Virus record (IMG/VR): IMGVR_UViG_3300012662_000008
Location: 102,529-166,528 of that record
Reading direction: 5' to 3' (one strand)
Source: a virus
Taxonomy: Duplodnaviria; Caudoviricetes
Length of the DNA: 64,000 nt
The notes beneath the pieces are model-generated. The model did no database searches. It had not been told where the DNA came from and was given only the letters and a program-made list of their open reading frames with translations. The stretch's first letter is position 1, and each line of letters begins with the position of its first letter. Below are positions 23,686 through 33,660 of this stretch, piece after piece. A program made the position numbers and the translations under genes.

Positions 23686-23912
23686 GGTAACTCTATATAT
23701 TTATTTTCAACTAAAAAATCCAGAGTTTTTTTTACATCTGAGTAATCTAAGTTTCTAAATTTTGAAATAGTTTCAACAATGTCTTCTCCATCAAAAACAA
23801 CTGCAGGAGATACTCCGACAAAATAACTTCAAACAGGATACGCCCAATCTGGTATGGCCTTATCGTGGTTAACAGTTCAAGTTTTAAAATTATTCACCCC
23901 CAGCTCCACCAT
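23682..23912 (-). CDS. Small partner protein b (76 aa; immunity-like candidate)
   Basis: Paralog of 24962..25192 with identical length; two internal TGA. Confidence 0.65.
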
Positions 23913-24960
23913 AGTTATTAACAATTACAGTTGTTCCAAAAAGAGTTCCCGTTAGACCGGACCACAGTCTTTTATAATCATCTTCTGTTTGAAGATTGAA
24001 ATATTTTTTTAGTTTGCTAAGTCTTTCGTTTTTTGTTATGAGTTTTTCTAGCCCATCTTTACCTATATATTTAGAGCCGGGTTTTAATCCTAATTCTTTG
24101 CCAGATTGGGAGAGCCACGCTGCGGTCTCAGTTGGGTTTTTTAGATATTTTAGCTCCTCGTGCAGTTGGGCAGGTACTTCGCTGTATGATTTTCAGATTT
24201 TATTCGCAATATCTACATTCACGGGATTTGATCCAAGATCTCCATATCCAAGGGTGTGAAGTCGTTCATGAAAAGCAGTTGACTCCACTTTTTCTATTGG
24301 TAAGTTCTTATTTATATCAATCTTATTTGAATATCCAGCACGTATTGTTTGTGGGGTAAAAATAAACTTCTCTGTACCGTCTTGTAGAACTCTTGCATAA
24401 GCCCCTCTCCCATTTGAAACAACTCCCAGATCAACAAGCTCTATTTTTGGAGACGTATTTGCGCGAGTAATATACTCGCTAGCCTGAGTTGCAGGTCATT
24501 GTATCTGCGTTTGCCCAAGCGCTTGTTGTCTCGCGAATCAATCTGTATTTCTTTGTATAGATGCCTGTACTGCTGGGTCTTTAACAAAAGCATTGGCATC
24601 GCGCACACCTTTATTTGCGGCGGCCTTCATTTCATTTTCGAGAGCCTTTGTTGTAAACTTTGTTTTCCCAACCGGTGTTGCACTATACAATAAGTCCTCT
24701 GTATTTCCGGATATAGCCGTTTCTATAAGTGCTTTATAAGCACCAGGAGCCATAACTTTTGCAAGCCAGCCTCCGGGCTGCGTCCACATAAGAGCAACAT
24801 CCATTGCAGGATGCTCTTGTTTTAGTGGCTTTTCTTTTGGAAGAGAATGTTGCCTTTCTTCTAGTTCTCTATCTTTGTCTATCTTTTCATATAACGCTTG
24901 TTCAAGATTTTCCCGATCTCTTTTGCGTTTTCAGTCTATTCAAAATTTTGGTATTGGCAT
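23890..24960 (-). CDS. Zincin-like metallopeptidase protein B (356 aa, TGA=Trp)
   Basis: FHERLHTLGYGD...PTETAAW; the frame stays open only if TGA=Trp. Confidence 0.75.
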
Positions 24961-24961
24961 A

Positions 24962-25192
24962 TTAGTAAAACTCAATTATGCTATTGCTTACTAGATATTC
25001 GATCGACTCTTTAACAATTCCAATTGGTTCATTTATTTTCTTTGAAATTATTTCTGCTTTATCCTCTTCTTCATAAAATACTGCTGGGCGAATCCCTTCA
25101 AAATATTGAAGGGTTTTTTTATAAAAATCTGGAACAGGCTTCTTGTGAATTTTTCAAAAAATTAATTTTTTAGTACAATCCATTGGGAGCAT
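24962..25192 (-). CDS. Small partner protein a (76 aa; immunity-like candidate)
   Basis: Shares H-x-K-x-[IV]PD..YFxGxxPAV..LVxNxxIE with 23682..23912. Confidence 0.65.
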
Positions 25193-26243
25193 AATTTTCA
25201 GAATTTAGAGTTGATACCACTATGCCAGTATACAATGTTCCAGTCAGGCCTTTTCATAATTTCTTATAATTTTCCTCTGAGTCTAATTTTAAGAAATTAA
25301 GCAGGTAATTAAGTCTGGTTTGATTTTTATTTTTTTCTATGAATTTTTTAACCCCGTCTACTCCGGGATATGGTGTGCCAGATCTTAATCCTAGTTCGTA
25401 TCCGGTTTGTGCGAGTCACGCAGCTGTTTCGTGAGGCTCTTTTAAATATCTCATATAATCCACAGCAGCTTGAGAGTGCATATCTGTTTCTGGTTTAAAT
25501 AAAGAAAGCCCCAACTCCGAGTTAACTGGATTACTAGAGGCATCTCCGTAGCCAAGCACGTGTAATCTTTCATGAAATCCTGTCGACCTAGCACTAGACG
25601 CAGTATGATCTAAATTCACAATAATTTCATTTCCGCCGTTTGGAATAGATTCTTTCATTGAAATTAAAAATCTCCCATTGTCATCTACTGCAACTTTTGA
25701 TTCGCCTCGTTTTGTACCAAGATTTTTTACTTTTATTCTTGGAGAATAAAACGAGGCAGTTTCAATTTCGTCTTGGGAAATTGGAGACCAGTCTATATTT
25801 TTATATTTTTCTTTATTCTTTAGAAAAAGATCTATATTTCTTTGAATAGAAGCTCTTGTTGGGTCACTGGTTAAAAACCGATCAGCATCTCTCGCCCCTT
25901 TTCGAGCCGCTCTTTTTATTTCGTTCCGAGGAATTTGTTTTAATGCCTTAATACCAGCTTTTACTGGCCTCTCAATTACATTAGGAACTGCAAGTAACGC
26001 AAGATTCAATGCACCTTTTTTTCAGTCTCCATTTGAAAAATCTATAATTGCTTGTCCTCCTTGTAAGATATCTCCTACTACCGGAGCATACCCCATCGGA
26101 TTATCGGTAATATCTAATTCTTGTGTTGGGGTGTATTGTCTAGCAACAATAGTTTCTTTCCTTTGAGGATTTCATGCAACTGCCGTATTATCAGCAGGCA
26201 TGTAAGGCAAGTCTCCCGAGTTTTGGTATTTTCTAATTTTCAT
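25170..26243 (-). CDS. Zincin-like metallopeptidase protein A (357 aa, TGA=Trp)
   Basis: FHERLHVLGYGD...PHETAA(TGA); N-terminal GYAPVVGDILQG...GALNLALLAVP helical hairpin. Confidence 0.75.
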
Positions 26244-26275
26244 AACGGCGCGAATATAATAAAAATATTTGGATT

Positions 26276-27013
26276 TTACAAGTTATATGTATGTGTTTCC
26301 ACTCTATTTCTTTCAAGAGCTTCTTCGCGCTCCTTTCTCTGTTTTCATTCACGGAGTTCAGCAAGTTCTTTTTTCATATCTTCTATATCCGATGTGTTTT
26401 GTATAACCTGCTGCGTAACGGCACGTGCCCATAACTCTGCTTGTTGCAAGCTATTAAGATCAAAATTCTTTTGTATCATCGGAAATCCGGCTTCGTCTGT
26501 CTTATTCATGGTTTCTTCTTCAAGAAACCCGTGCTCTATAAGGTATGTGTTGTATTTTTTAACGGAAAGTTTACTAATCCCTAACTTTTCAGATAATGTT
26601 GAATTACTAAGAGTGCAACGTCCAACTCCGGAGTCTTTTCCATATAAAAATTGTTGAATTCCCATATAATATTCTTTCACGTTAAGCGGCATATCTATTT
26701 TTAAAAAGCTTTCTGTAAACATCTCAAAAAAGTTATCAAACTCGGTTCTAACAAACAAGTAAGAGTTGCTTGAACCTTTTCCATTATTTTTCTTTTGTAT
26801 AAGTCCATTTTCACACAATCTATCTATTGCTGCGAGAACTTTTGTTCTACTGCATTTAAGCGATTTTGAAATTGTAGTAATACTCGGATAGCATTCTCTA
26901 GTATCCCAATTCATATATTTTTTAATTGCGGCAAAAATAACTTGATCTCCTTGTTCTAATTTTCCTTGTCTCTTTAAATTAATTAACTCGTTTGGAATTT
27001 CTACATGTTGCAT
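26276..27013 (-). CDS. Helix-turn-helix replication-initiator-like protein 1
   Basis: CYPSITTISKSLKCSRTKVLAAIDRLCENGLI winged HTH; paralog of 32776..33501; one TGA near the C-terminus. Confidence 0.75.
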
Positions 27014-27107
27014 TTTTTGATAAATTTTTATATTAAAATATCTATTTTTACAAAGTTAAAAATATTTTTACATACAAACAAGTATTTTTATATAAAAATA
27101 TATTTTT

Positions 27108-27205
27108 CTAAACTGGACTACTCCGCTTCCAAATTGGACTACTATTTTTTCAAACTGGACTACTTCTTTTCTAGATTGGACTACTTTTGTTCTAAACTGG
27201 ACTCT
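27108..27205. repeat. Iteron-like direct repeats, 5 copies, 21-bp period
   Basis: TGGACT at 27114, 27135, 27156, 27177 and 27198; followed by ACTTAA repeats to about 27260. Confidence 0.85.
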
Positions 27206-27261
27206 AACAATACTTAATATAATTAATATACTTAATAGACTTAATGAACTAGACTTAAAGC

Positions 27262-27300
27262 AAAAAATCGCAGCGCTACAAAAGTAGTACTGCGATTTTT
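27262..27300. terminator. Terminator hairpin
   Basis: AAAAATCGCAG...CTGCGATTTTT immediately after the stop at 27302. Confidence 0.7.
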
Positions 27301-27301
27301 C

Positions 27302-28865
27302 TTATTTCCTTTTTATAATTCCTCCATGTTTTCTATATAAAAGTCCTCTATCTATAAAAGGAAATGTTGGTCTATTTAAATCATATGGCAAAATTGATTT
27401 TGCTCCATTTATATTAAAATTAGGTAGAGCATAATAATCATAAGATGTGTGCTCCTGCTGCCTTAAAGGAGAATCTTTTTTTCGATAAAAGAAGACCCTC
27501 GCCTTTTTGCTGCGCGTCGTTTAATATTTCTTCAATTCTCTTTGCAGCAGCAGGCCTATCAACCCCATCTGCATTTTTAAATTTGGGCTTTCCGTCAATC
27601 GTTATAAAGTGACCTCCCATTTCTGGAGAAATTTCCATAGTTGCATCTCTAACATTACCAGTGTTTATAACAAAAGCGTTAATGTCGTTGACACCCGATT
27701 CAACTACACTTGGAGATACTTTTCTAATTCTAGTTTGGATGCCGCCTCTTTTTTGCATTGGTTTTATATCATATCCAATAGCACTCTTAGGTAATATAAT
27801 TGCACGCTCATCAAAATCTACATCCATTCTTATGCCGTTAAAAGTAACCTTATCCCCAGTTGCAGATGGTCTCAGTTGTCGATACCCACTCGGTTGCTCT
27901 AAAACATAATTTATATATCGCTCTACGCCCTCTTCCCCCTTTCCTAAATCCCCTAGAAATAAGTTTCCAAAAGCATTATCCATCGAGCCGCGTCCTTTTG
28001 CTAATTCTTCTGGAGTGAGTACGGGTCTAAAACTTGGATATCGCCGCGTATCGCCCCTAAATAACAACAGTGGTTCCCCAAATTCATTTACAGCAGCATT
28101 TCCAGGCTTAGAAAGAGACATTGCTTTCTTATATAAAGCTCCCGCTATCTCGTCATCCGTTATGTCGTCTCTTCCAACAAGTCCATATCTTTCCCTTGCT
28201 TCTGGAACGTATTTTTTTATTCTTTCCATTAAAGGGGATGCTTCTACTGGTGATTGAGTTCCATATTTTTTAAACATCTTAACAGCTTCGTCGCCTTGTT
28301 TTCAAGTTTGTGGGCCAAGTTTTCAATTAAAGTCTTTTACAGCTTGCTTTACGGCTAGAGCATATTCTTTTGCCAATTTAACCCCCTGTTTAATTCCTTG
28401 GCCTACTCCGTATAAACCTAAGGCTAGGTCTACTGCATTTCCTGGATTTAAAAATTCGGCACCTATATTTCCGGCTACGCCTCAATCATTTCCTTTGCGA
28501 ACTAGTTCTCCAAAAGTTTGATAATCTCCATTACTTTTTTGGTTTGCATAAAAATCAAGTGGAGTACCAAGTATATTCATAGATCGCATTGTTGTGTCAA
28601 ACGCATTACTTAGAAACTCCTTTTGACCTTCATGTATTTTATCTTTCATTTCTTTAGTTCCGACTTTTTCTTGTTGATCTTTTGTCCATTTTTTTACGAT
28701 CTTTCGGCTTGAGATTATCTGGGGTCTCGTCGTAGATCGTATCTATTATAGCACTAGCGCTATTGTTATATAACCACTGGCGAGCTTCTTGTGCTTTAGA
28801 ATCATCACTCCAGAATCATTCTGGATGCTGAATGGCGTATGTTTGAAGTTTATTAACATAGCCAT
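27302..28865 (-). CDS. Putative ADP-ribosyltransferase-like effector (TGA=Trp; +1 frameshift at A7 run 27476-27482)
   Basis: ATG at 28865 is in frame with track ORF 27438..28277; NEFGEPLLLFRGD...F...GNLFL...NAFVIN resembles the ART-PolyVal pattern; the shifted frame ends YRKHGGIIKRK-TAA. Confidence 0.55.
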
Positions 28866-28897
28866 AGTAGTCGTTGTGTTTTATTTTTCCCATAGTG

Positions 28898-28905
28898 CAA
28901 AGATA
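28898..28905 (-). promoter_or_regulatory. Bacteroidota-type -7 promoter element for the leftward arm
   Basis: TATCTTTG on the minus strand 33 nt upstream of ATG 28865. Confidence 0.55.
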
Positions 28906-29127
28906 ATAATTTTTTTAAAATTGTATATATGTTGAGGAGAAATGGACACATTAGAAAATCGTCCCCCCGGGCTGTGCCACGGGAAAACGATTTTCTTTTC
29001 AAACTGTTTCTGAAATTTAGGACAAAAGAAAAGTAAAACTATCTTTTGTTCTACGTGGCTGCTCGACGACGTGTAACTTGGTCGGCCGTAACCGTTGGCA
29101 ACGATATGCTGGCACAAGACCTGCAAT

Positions 29128-29628
29128 ATGGGAAATATTCGCAAGTCTGTAAATCTCCTGGCCTTCTACGAGGGTCGGGAGACTAGCGGATCTCGGGATA
29201 TCGACCTTAGGGCAAGGATCAACGGGCAGTTCCGTGGAGTTTCGTTCTCGTTTCATGACGGGGATGAAATTTCCTTTCCGGACGCAAGTGAGCTTCGCGC
29301 TTACTTCGCGGAAGGATATCGGACTGTAGGGTTGGTTGTAGCAGCGGAAGTCAACGGTCGTATGACCGACGTTCCGCTCTACGCCCTAAGGAAGACTCCT
29401 AAGGGACTAGTCGATGCTGAGCAATCAGCATATGACGAGTTCCGTGCGAGCCATCCTCTCTATGCAGCGTTGACGATTAGCCCGAAGAGCGATCTTCAGG
29501 CATTCGTTGACGAGGACTTGTTTGGCAAGTCCTTCCGCGTGGAAGAGCAATCTTTCACCTGCGGACGCGGGGAGGGTGACGAGTACCGGGAGTTCTCTTA
29601 TAAGTGCTGGGCACTTGTAGAGGCCTGA
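29128..29628 (+). CDS. Early hypothetical protein, paralog 1 (GC-rich)
   Basis: MGNIRKSVNL...; aligns along its full length with 30120..30653; ends in TGA. Confidence 0.8.
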   Translation: MGNIRKSVNLLAFYEGRETSGSRDIDLRARINGQFRGVSFSFHDGDEISFPDASELRAYFAEGYRTVGLVVAAEVNGRMTDVPLYALRKTPKGLVDAEQSAYDEFRASHPLYAALTISPKSDLQAFVDEDLFGKSFRVEEQSFTCGRGEGDEYREFSYKCWALVEA

Positions 29629-29773
29629 GTCCGTCCATCGGCGCAACTCCGATTGAAAACTACGACCTTTCTGCTACCTCAATAAAAGAGATGGTTAATA
29701 GTAGCAGTAACTTTTAGACTGTTTCGTGTATATAGGAAACAGTGTCTACAAGACCTAGAACACCACTAGGCAA

Positions 29774-29815
29774 ACCCGCAATGGTTGTACAGTCGTTCGA
29801 TTCGACTGGCGGGTA
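29774..29815 (+). ncRNA. tRNA-like minihelix (acceptor stem plus T arm only)
   Basis: ACCCGC-10 nt-CAGTCG-TTCGATT-CGACTG-GCGGGT-A. Confidence 0.5.
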
Positions 29816-30119
29816 CTATTCCCGTATATTCGGGCGCAGTTGTGCGTTAAACAACAAAGACGCTTGTAGACGAGCTGGTTGTAGACAACGCTACACAGTC
29901 CAGACTGTATCTGGTAATTAGTTAACAACGGTCAACTTGGAGCACGCCGAAGTATAGTAAGCAGCTTGGTTGACAGGCCATGCGGTAATCCATAGCTACG
30001 TGCTAGGGGATGAAGAGCCAATGCGACTGTTGTTGAACTATCGTTGGAGCGAGGTGACGGTTCGAGCCCTCGTGAGACCAACACGCAACGAGTGCAGCGT
30101 TATGCACTTTTCATTGACT

Positions 30120-30653
30120 ATGGCATCTCTTAAGAAGTCTGTCAATTTGTTTAATTTCTTCGCTGGTTCTGAGACCAGCGGAAATAAGGATCTTGACCGC
30201 AAGGCCAAGATCAACGGCCTCTTCAGAGGGGTCTCTTTCTCGTTCCATGATGGGGACGAGATTAAGTTACCTCAGAAAGAGGATCTGAGAGCTACGTTCT
30301 CAGAGGGGTACCAGACCGTTGGCCTGGTACTCCAGGACGTGGACCTCAACGGGAGGAAGTCTGAGGTGCCTCTCTACGCGCTTCGGAAAACTCCGAAGGG
30401 TCTCGTCCCTGAAGACGAGGCCCGGTACGAGACCTTCCGCAAGGATCATCCGCTTTATGCGGAGATGACGCTCTCGCCGAAGAGTGATCTCTCCGCATTT
30501 GTGGATGCAGATCTATTCGGACGCAAGTTCTCCGTCGTTGAGGCGGAGTTCACCTGTGCCCGAGGTGACGGCGATGATCGCCGAGAGTTCCAGCACAAAA
30601 TCTGGGCTCTCGAAGAGATCCCGGAAAAGAAGCCCAAGAAGGCTTCCAAATAA
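30120..30653 (+). CDS. Early hypothetical protein, paralog 2 (GC-rich)
   Basis: MASLKKSVNL...FRGVSFSFHDGDEI...VPLYALRKTPKGLV shared with paralog 1. Confidence 0.8.
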   Translation: MASLKKSVNLFNFFAGSETSGNKDLDRKAKINGLFRGVSFSFHDGDEIKLPQKEDLRATFSEGYQTVGLVLQDVDLNGRKSEVPLYALRKTPKGLVPEDEARYETFRKDHPLYAEMTLSPKSDLSAFVDADLFGRKFSVVEAEFTCARGDGDDRREFQHKIWALEEIPEKKPKKASK

Positions 30654-30658
30654 CAAAT

Positions 30659-30684
30659 AGAGGGGTTTAACAGCCTCTCTTTTT
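30659..30684 (+). terminator. Rho-independent terminator
   Basis: AGAGGGGTT..CAGCCTCTC hairpin plus T-run after the stop. Confidence 0.6.
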
Positions 30685-30820
30685 AAACCGACGGAACTAG
30701 ATGCTCCGCCGGTTTTATTTTTTTATCGCGATGCGGGCTCCGCCTCGCATTCGCTCGCCCTGTGGGACACAGAGACTGTATCAAGTATGTAGTATAAACA
30801 CCATTAAAAATTTTTAAAAC

Positions 30821-31363
30821 ATGGCAAAGATCAAGTTCGGGACTGATGTCCCTAATGTGTTCAATGCTAAGGCATTGAACACAAAGAGCGGAAGCCTGGC
30901 CGCTCTCAAAAACATCCACCAGGCATTCCAGGGCTATTCCATCTCCGAGGACGAAAGTGTTACACTTCCGTCATGGGCGGAAATTGAGAAGAACCCTGCT
31001 TCTTACCTTAAGGAGCAGGATGCCCGCGTAGGATCACGCAATAAGACAATGCTAGTCCGCGTGATCCGTACAAAGGGTTCGGTCCGCAAAGAGAGCTGGC
31101 TGAATCTTGGGGTCCTCAGCCGTCAGTGCAACGACGCTGAGGGCAACAGAATCTATCCTGACGAGCTCCGCGAGACGCTTGCACAGATGGATTCTGACTA
31201 CGAGCGCCTGCAGTACGTTGCAGGGCACACGCTCGTAGCGACCGGTACGTATGACGCGTACCGCCCCGTTTTCGAGGACGGCGCTGTGAAGCGCAACGAA
31301 GACGGTGAGCGTGTATACGAGAGCGCTACGTACGTCACAATCGAGATGAGGGATGCTGAGTAG
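30821..31363 (+). CDS. Early hypothetical protein (GC-rich)
   Basis: 180 aa ORF with an AT-rich translation start region. Confidence 0.8.
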   Translation: MAKIKFGTDVPNVFNAKALNTKSGSLAALKNIHQAFQGYSISEDESVTLPSWAEIEKNPASYLKEQDARVGSRNKTMLVRVIRTKGSVRKESWLNLGVLSRQCNDAEGNRIYPDELRETLAQMDSDYERLQYVAGHTLVATGTYDAYRPVFEDGAVKRNEDGERVYESATYVTIEMRDAE

Positions 31364-32201
31364 TATCCCTTGTCTCTATACAATCAAAGGTAACCACTGA
31401 AATGACTACATCATATATCCCGGAGGTAAACTCGAACTTACTAACGGATATATATGACGTAACGTCAGTGGTTACTGAACGATTGTGAAATCCGGAGAGA
31501 AATGAACAATTCTCTCCGTGATTTATCCATAACACTTTGATCGGTGTTATGGGTACAATAGTCTAGGATTGTTGCATCCTAGGCAAGGCAGGGGTCGCGT
31601 TATCTGCCGAATGAGAAATCATAGGGTTTAACTGGCCCTCGCGTAATTAGCGCACAATAAAACAAGAAGCGCATCACAAACAAGCTACCATGCAACAAGT
31701 AGTTTGTTTGTTTTTATTTTTAACAAGGCCCCCGTGAAAGACTTATATAGCGCACACCTATATAAGAAACTGCAGGCGGCCACTTATTTATTTATTTTTT
31801 TAGTGTGCGCATCTACTTATTACAACCTCTTGACGCTAAGCTATTTGTGTGTTTCCAGCGAACCAAAAAGAGTGTTTGTAATAGGCAGATTTATGTGTAA
31901 AAAACCTTGAAACACACCTGTAATCGGACAGAATGTGCGTCCGAAGTATAGAGTTGCATCTATACGAAACGTATTGTGGAGTCGCGCCCACTAGGGAAAT
32001 ACGTGTGATAATTCCCCTATTATCACAAACTAGATCGTGTTAGTTACACGTGAATGCAACAAACTCTCTATAGGTGGCCTAACTAGCTGCGTCTAGACTA
32101 TTGAGAGAACTCCCAAAATAAGCAGTGCCTTTACGTGGCTTGGAAGATAAGTAGGAAACGAAACTAAATCTGCTAAAAAGAAACAATTAAAACAATTTAT
32201 T

Positions 32202-32731
32202 ATGATCAAAAGATTTTATGTGGGGAAAACCACAAAACTAGTCGCTACGTGCGACTGCCCAGAAGGAGCAGACTCCTTCGAAGTTGGAAAATGCCAGCAG
32301 CTTTTTGAGGACGCTCTCAAGAAGTCTGGCATATCAGGCTACACAATGCGCGTAGAAACCGTGCATTGTGGTAGTCTGGACTACAAGCTACTAACGGCAT
32401 ATAAGGAAACTCTATCTATAGAGGAGTTCTAGTATGCTAGGTTTTCTAATCATAGGGATATTACTCTGCATAGTCGGAGTAGTATCCCTGATATAGAGTA
32501 CAATTCTAAAAAATAAACAACATGAAAAAGTATAGTTTCACAACTCAGGAGGTTCTAATTGCTACAGCAGAACTTCCTGCATGCAAAATAACAAATATGA
32601 AGAAATTCATGTCTGCATTCTCTAAAAAGATCCACGAAGATTTCGGGGATCTTAGTTACCTTCATATAACAGAAGGTGACAATCACACCCTTTGTGCATA
32701 TACCTCAGAGTGGGTGTGTGTAGAAGCATAA
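32202..32731 (+). other. Two small hypothetical CDS (32202..32432, 32522..32731)
   Basis: ATG starts after A/T-rich leaders; followed by hairpin 32738-32774. Confidence 0.6.
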
Positions 32732-32775
32732 TACGACAAAATCCCACTAGTCGTGATGATTAGTGGGATTTTATA

Positions 32776-33501
32776 TTAAAAGTTATAAACGGTTCGTTGG
32801 GCCATTTGTCGTTTGAGTTCATCAATCTCCCTACGAAGAATTTCATTATCTTTCTCAAGAGATGAGATTTTTTGTTCGTTATTTTCAATACGAGTTTCGT
32901 GATCGTTCAGTTTAAAAACAATTGCTTGCCCAAGCTCGTTAAGATGATATATAGTTTCTTTATTCATAAGACCAGTTTGTGGGTCTTTTGTTTTTAAGGA
33001 AACTTGTGTTGCAAAACCTTTTTCTACAAGAGAATTATTTGTTTTTGCTATAGCATGTCGATTAAGGCCTGTCTTTTTTGATAGTTCTTCATCTGTATAT
33101 GATATTTTTCCAACACCATCATCTTTAAACATATATTGTTGAGTACAGAGTATTTGCAATTTCTCCGCCTTTGTAAGATTTGGATTATCTAAAAATTCAT
33201 AACTAAAAGGTTCAAAAGACTTTTCGTTATTAAAAGTATATGTAACACCAATTCCTTTCTTGGATTCAGTTGTCATATATCCTTTATTAACAATTTCTTT
33301 AATTGTTTTAATAACAGTAGCCTTTGAAATTCCAGTATCTTTAACAATTCTATCTAGGGATGGATATGCTTGCATTGTCTTTTTATTCATAAATCGGCGT
33401 ATTGCAACATATACCAATATCTCGTACTTTTGTAGTAATTCTCCGTCTTCTTTTTTGGGGAGAATAACAAATTGGTTTTGGTTTAAAATAATTTCATCCA
33501 T
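32776..33501 (-). CDS. Helix-turn-helix replication-initiator-like protein 2
   Basis: AYPSLDRIVKDTGISKATVIKTIKEIVNKGY winged HTH; own TATATTTG promoter at 33523-33530. Confidence 0.78.
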   Translation of the reverse strand: MDEIILNQNQFVILPKKEDGELLQKYEILVYVAIRRFMNKKTMQAYPSLDRIVKDTGISKATVIKTIKEIVNKGYMTTESKKGIGVTYTFNNEKSFEPFSYEFLDNPNLTKAEKLQILCTQQYMFKDDGVGKISYTDEELSKKTGLNRHAIAKTNNSLVEKGFATQVSLKTKDPQTGLMNKETIYHLNELGQAIVFKLNDHETRIENNEQKISSLEKDNEILRREIDELKRQMAQRTVYNF

Positions 33502-33579
33502 AGTTTTTTATTTTTAATAATACAAATATAGTAATAAAAGTTTAATTTTGCAACTTTTTATACAACTATTTTATAATAG

Positions 33580-33660
33580 CTGTGGCTATTTTTGAACTAC
33601 CTGTGGCTATAAATGACCAGGCTGTGGCTAAAAATGAACTACCTGTGGCTGATTTTGTAC
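33580..33660. repeat. Iteron-like direct repeats, 4 copies, 21-bp period
   Basis: CTGTGGCT at 33580, 33601, 33622 and 33643; followed by three ACTATACTTA copies at about 33666-33700. Confidence 0.85.

Noticed and set aside
27108-27205. CRISPR array (also considered for 33580-33660)
   Set aside because: A 21-bp total period leaves no room for spacers and no cas genes are present; the repeats fit iterons
1-28865. Apparent mass pseudogenisation (fragmented ORFs in the track)
   Set aside because: Breaks are almost all single in-frame TGAs at Trp positions or group I introns; the genes are intact under TGA=Trp
29970-30119. N-terminal extensions of the track ORFs starting at 29970 and 29095
   Set aside because: Paralog alignment begins at ATG 30120 and ATG 29128; the upstream TTG starts are unsupported
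31915-31975. Hammerhead ribozyme (two hairpins followed by GAAAC)
   Set aside because: The CUGANGA core is missing between the stems
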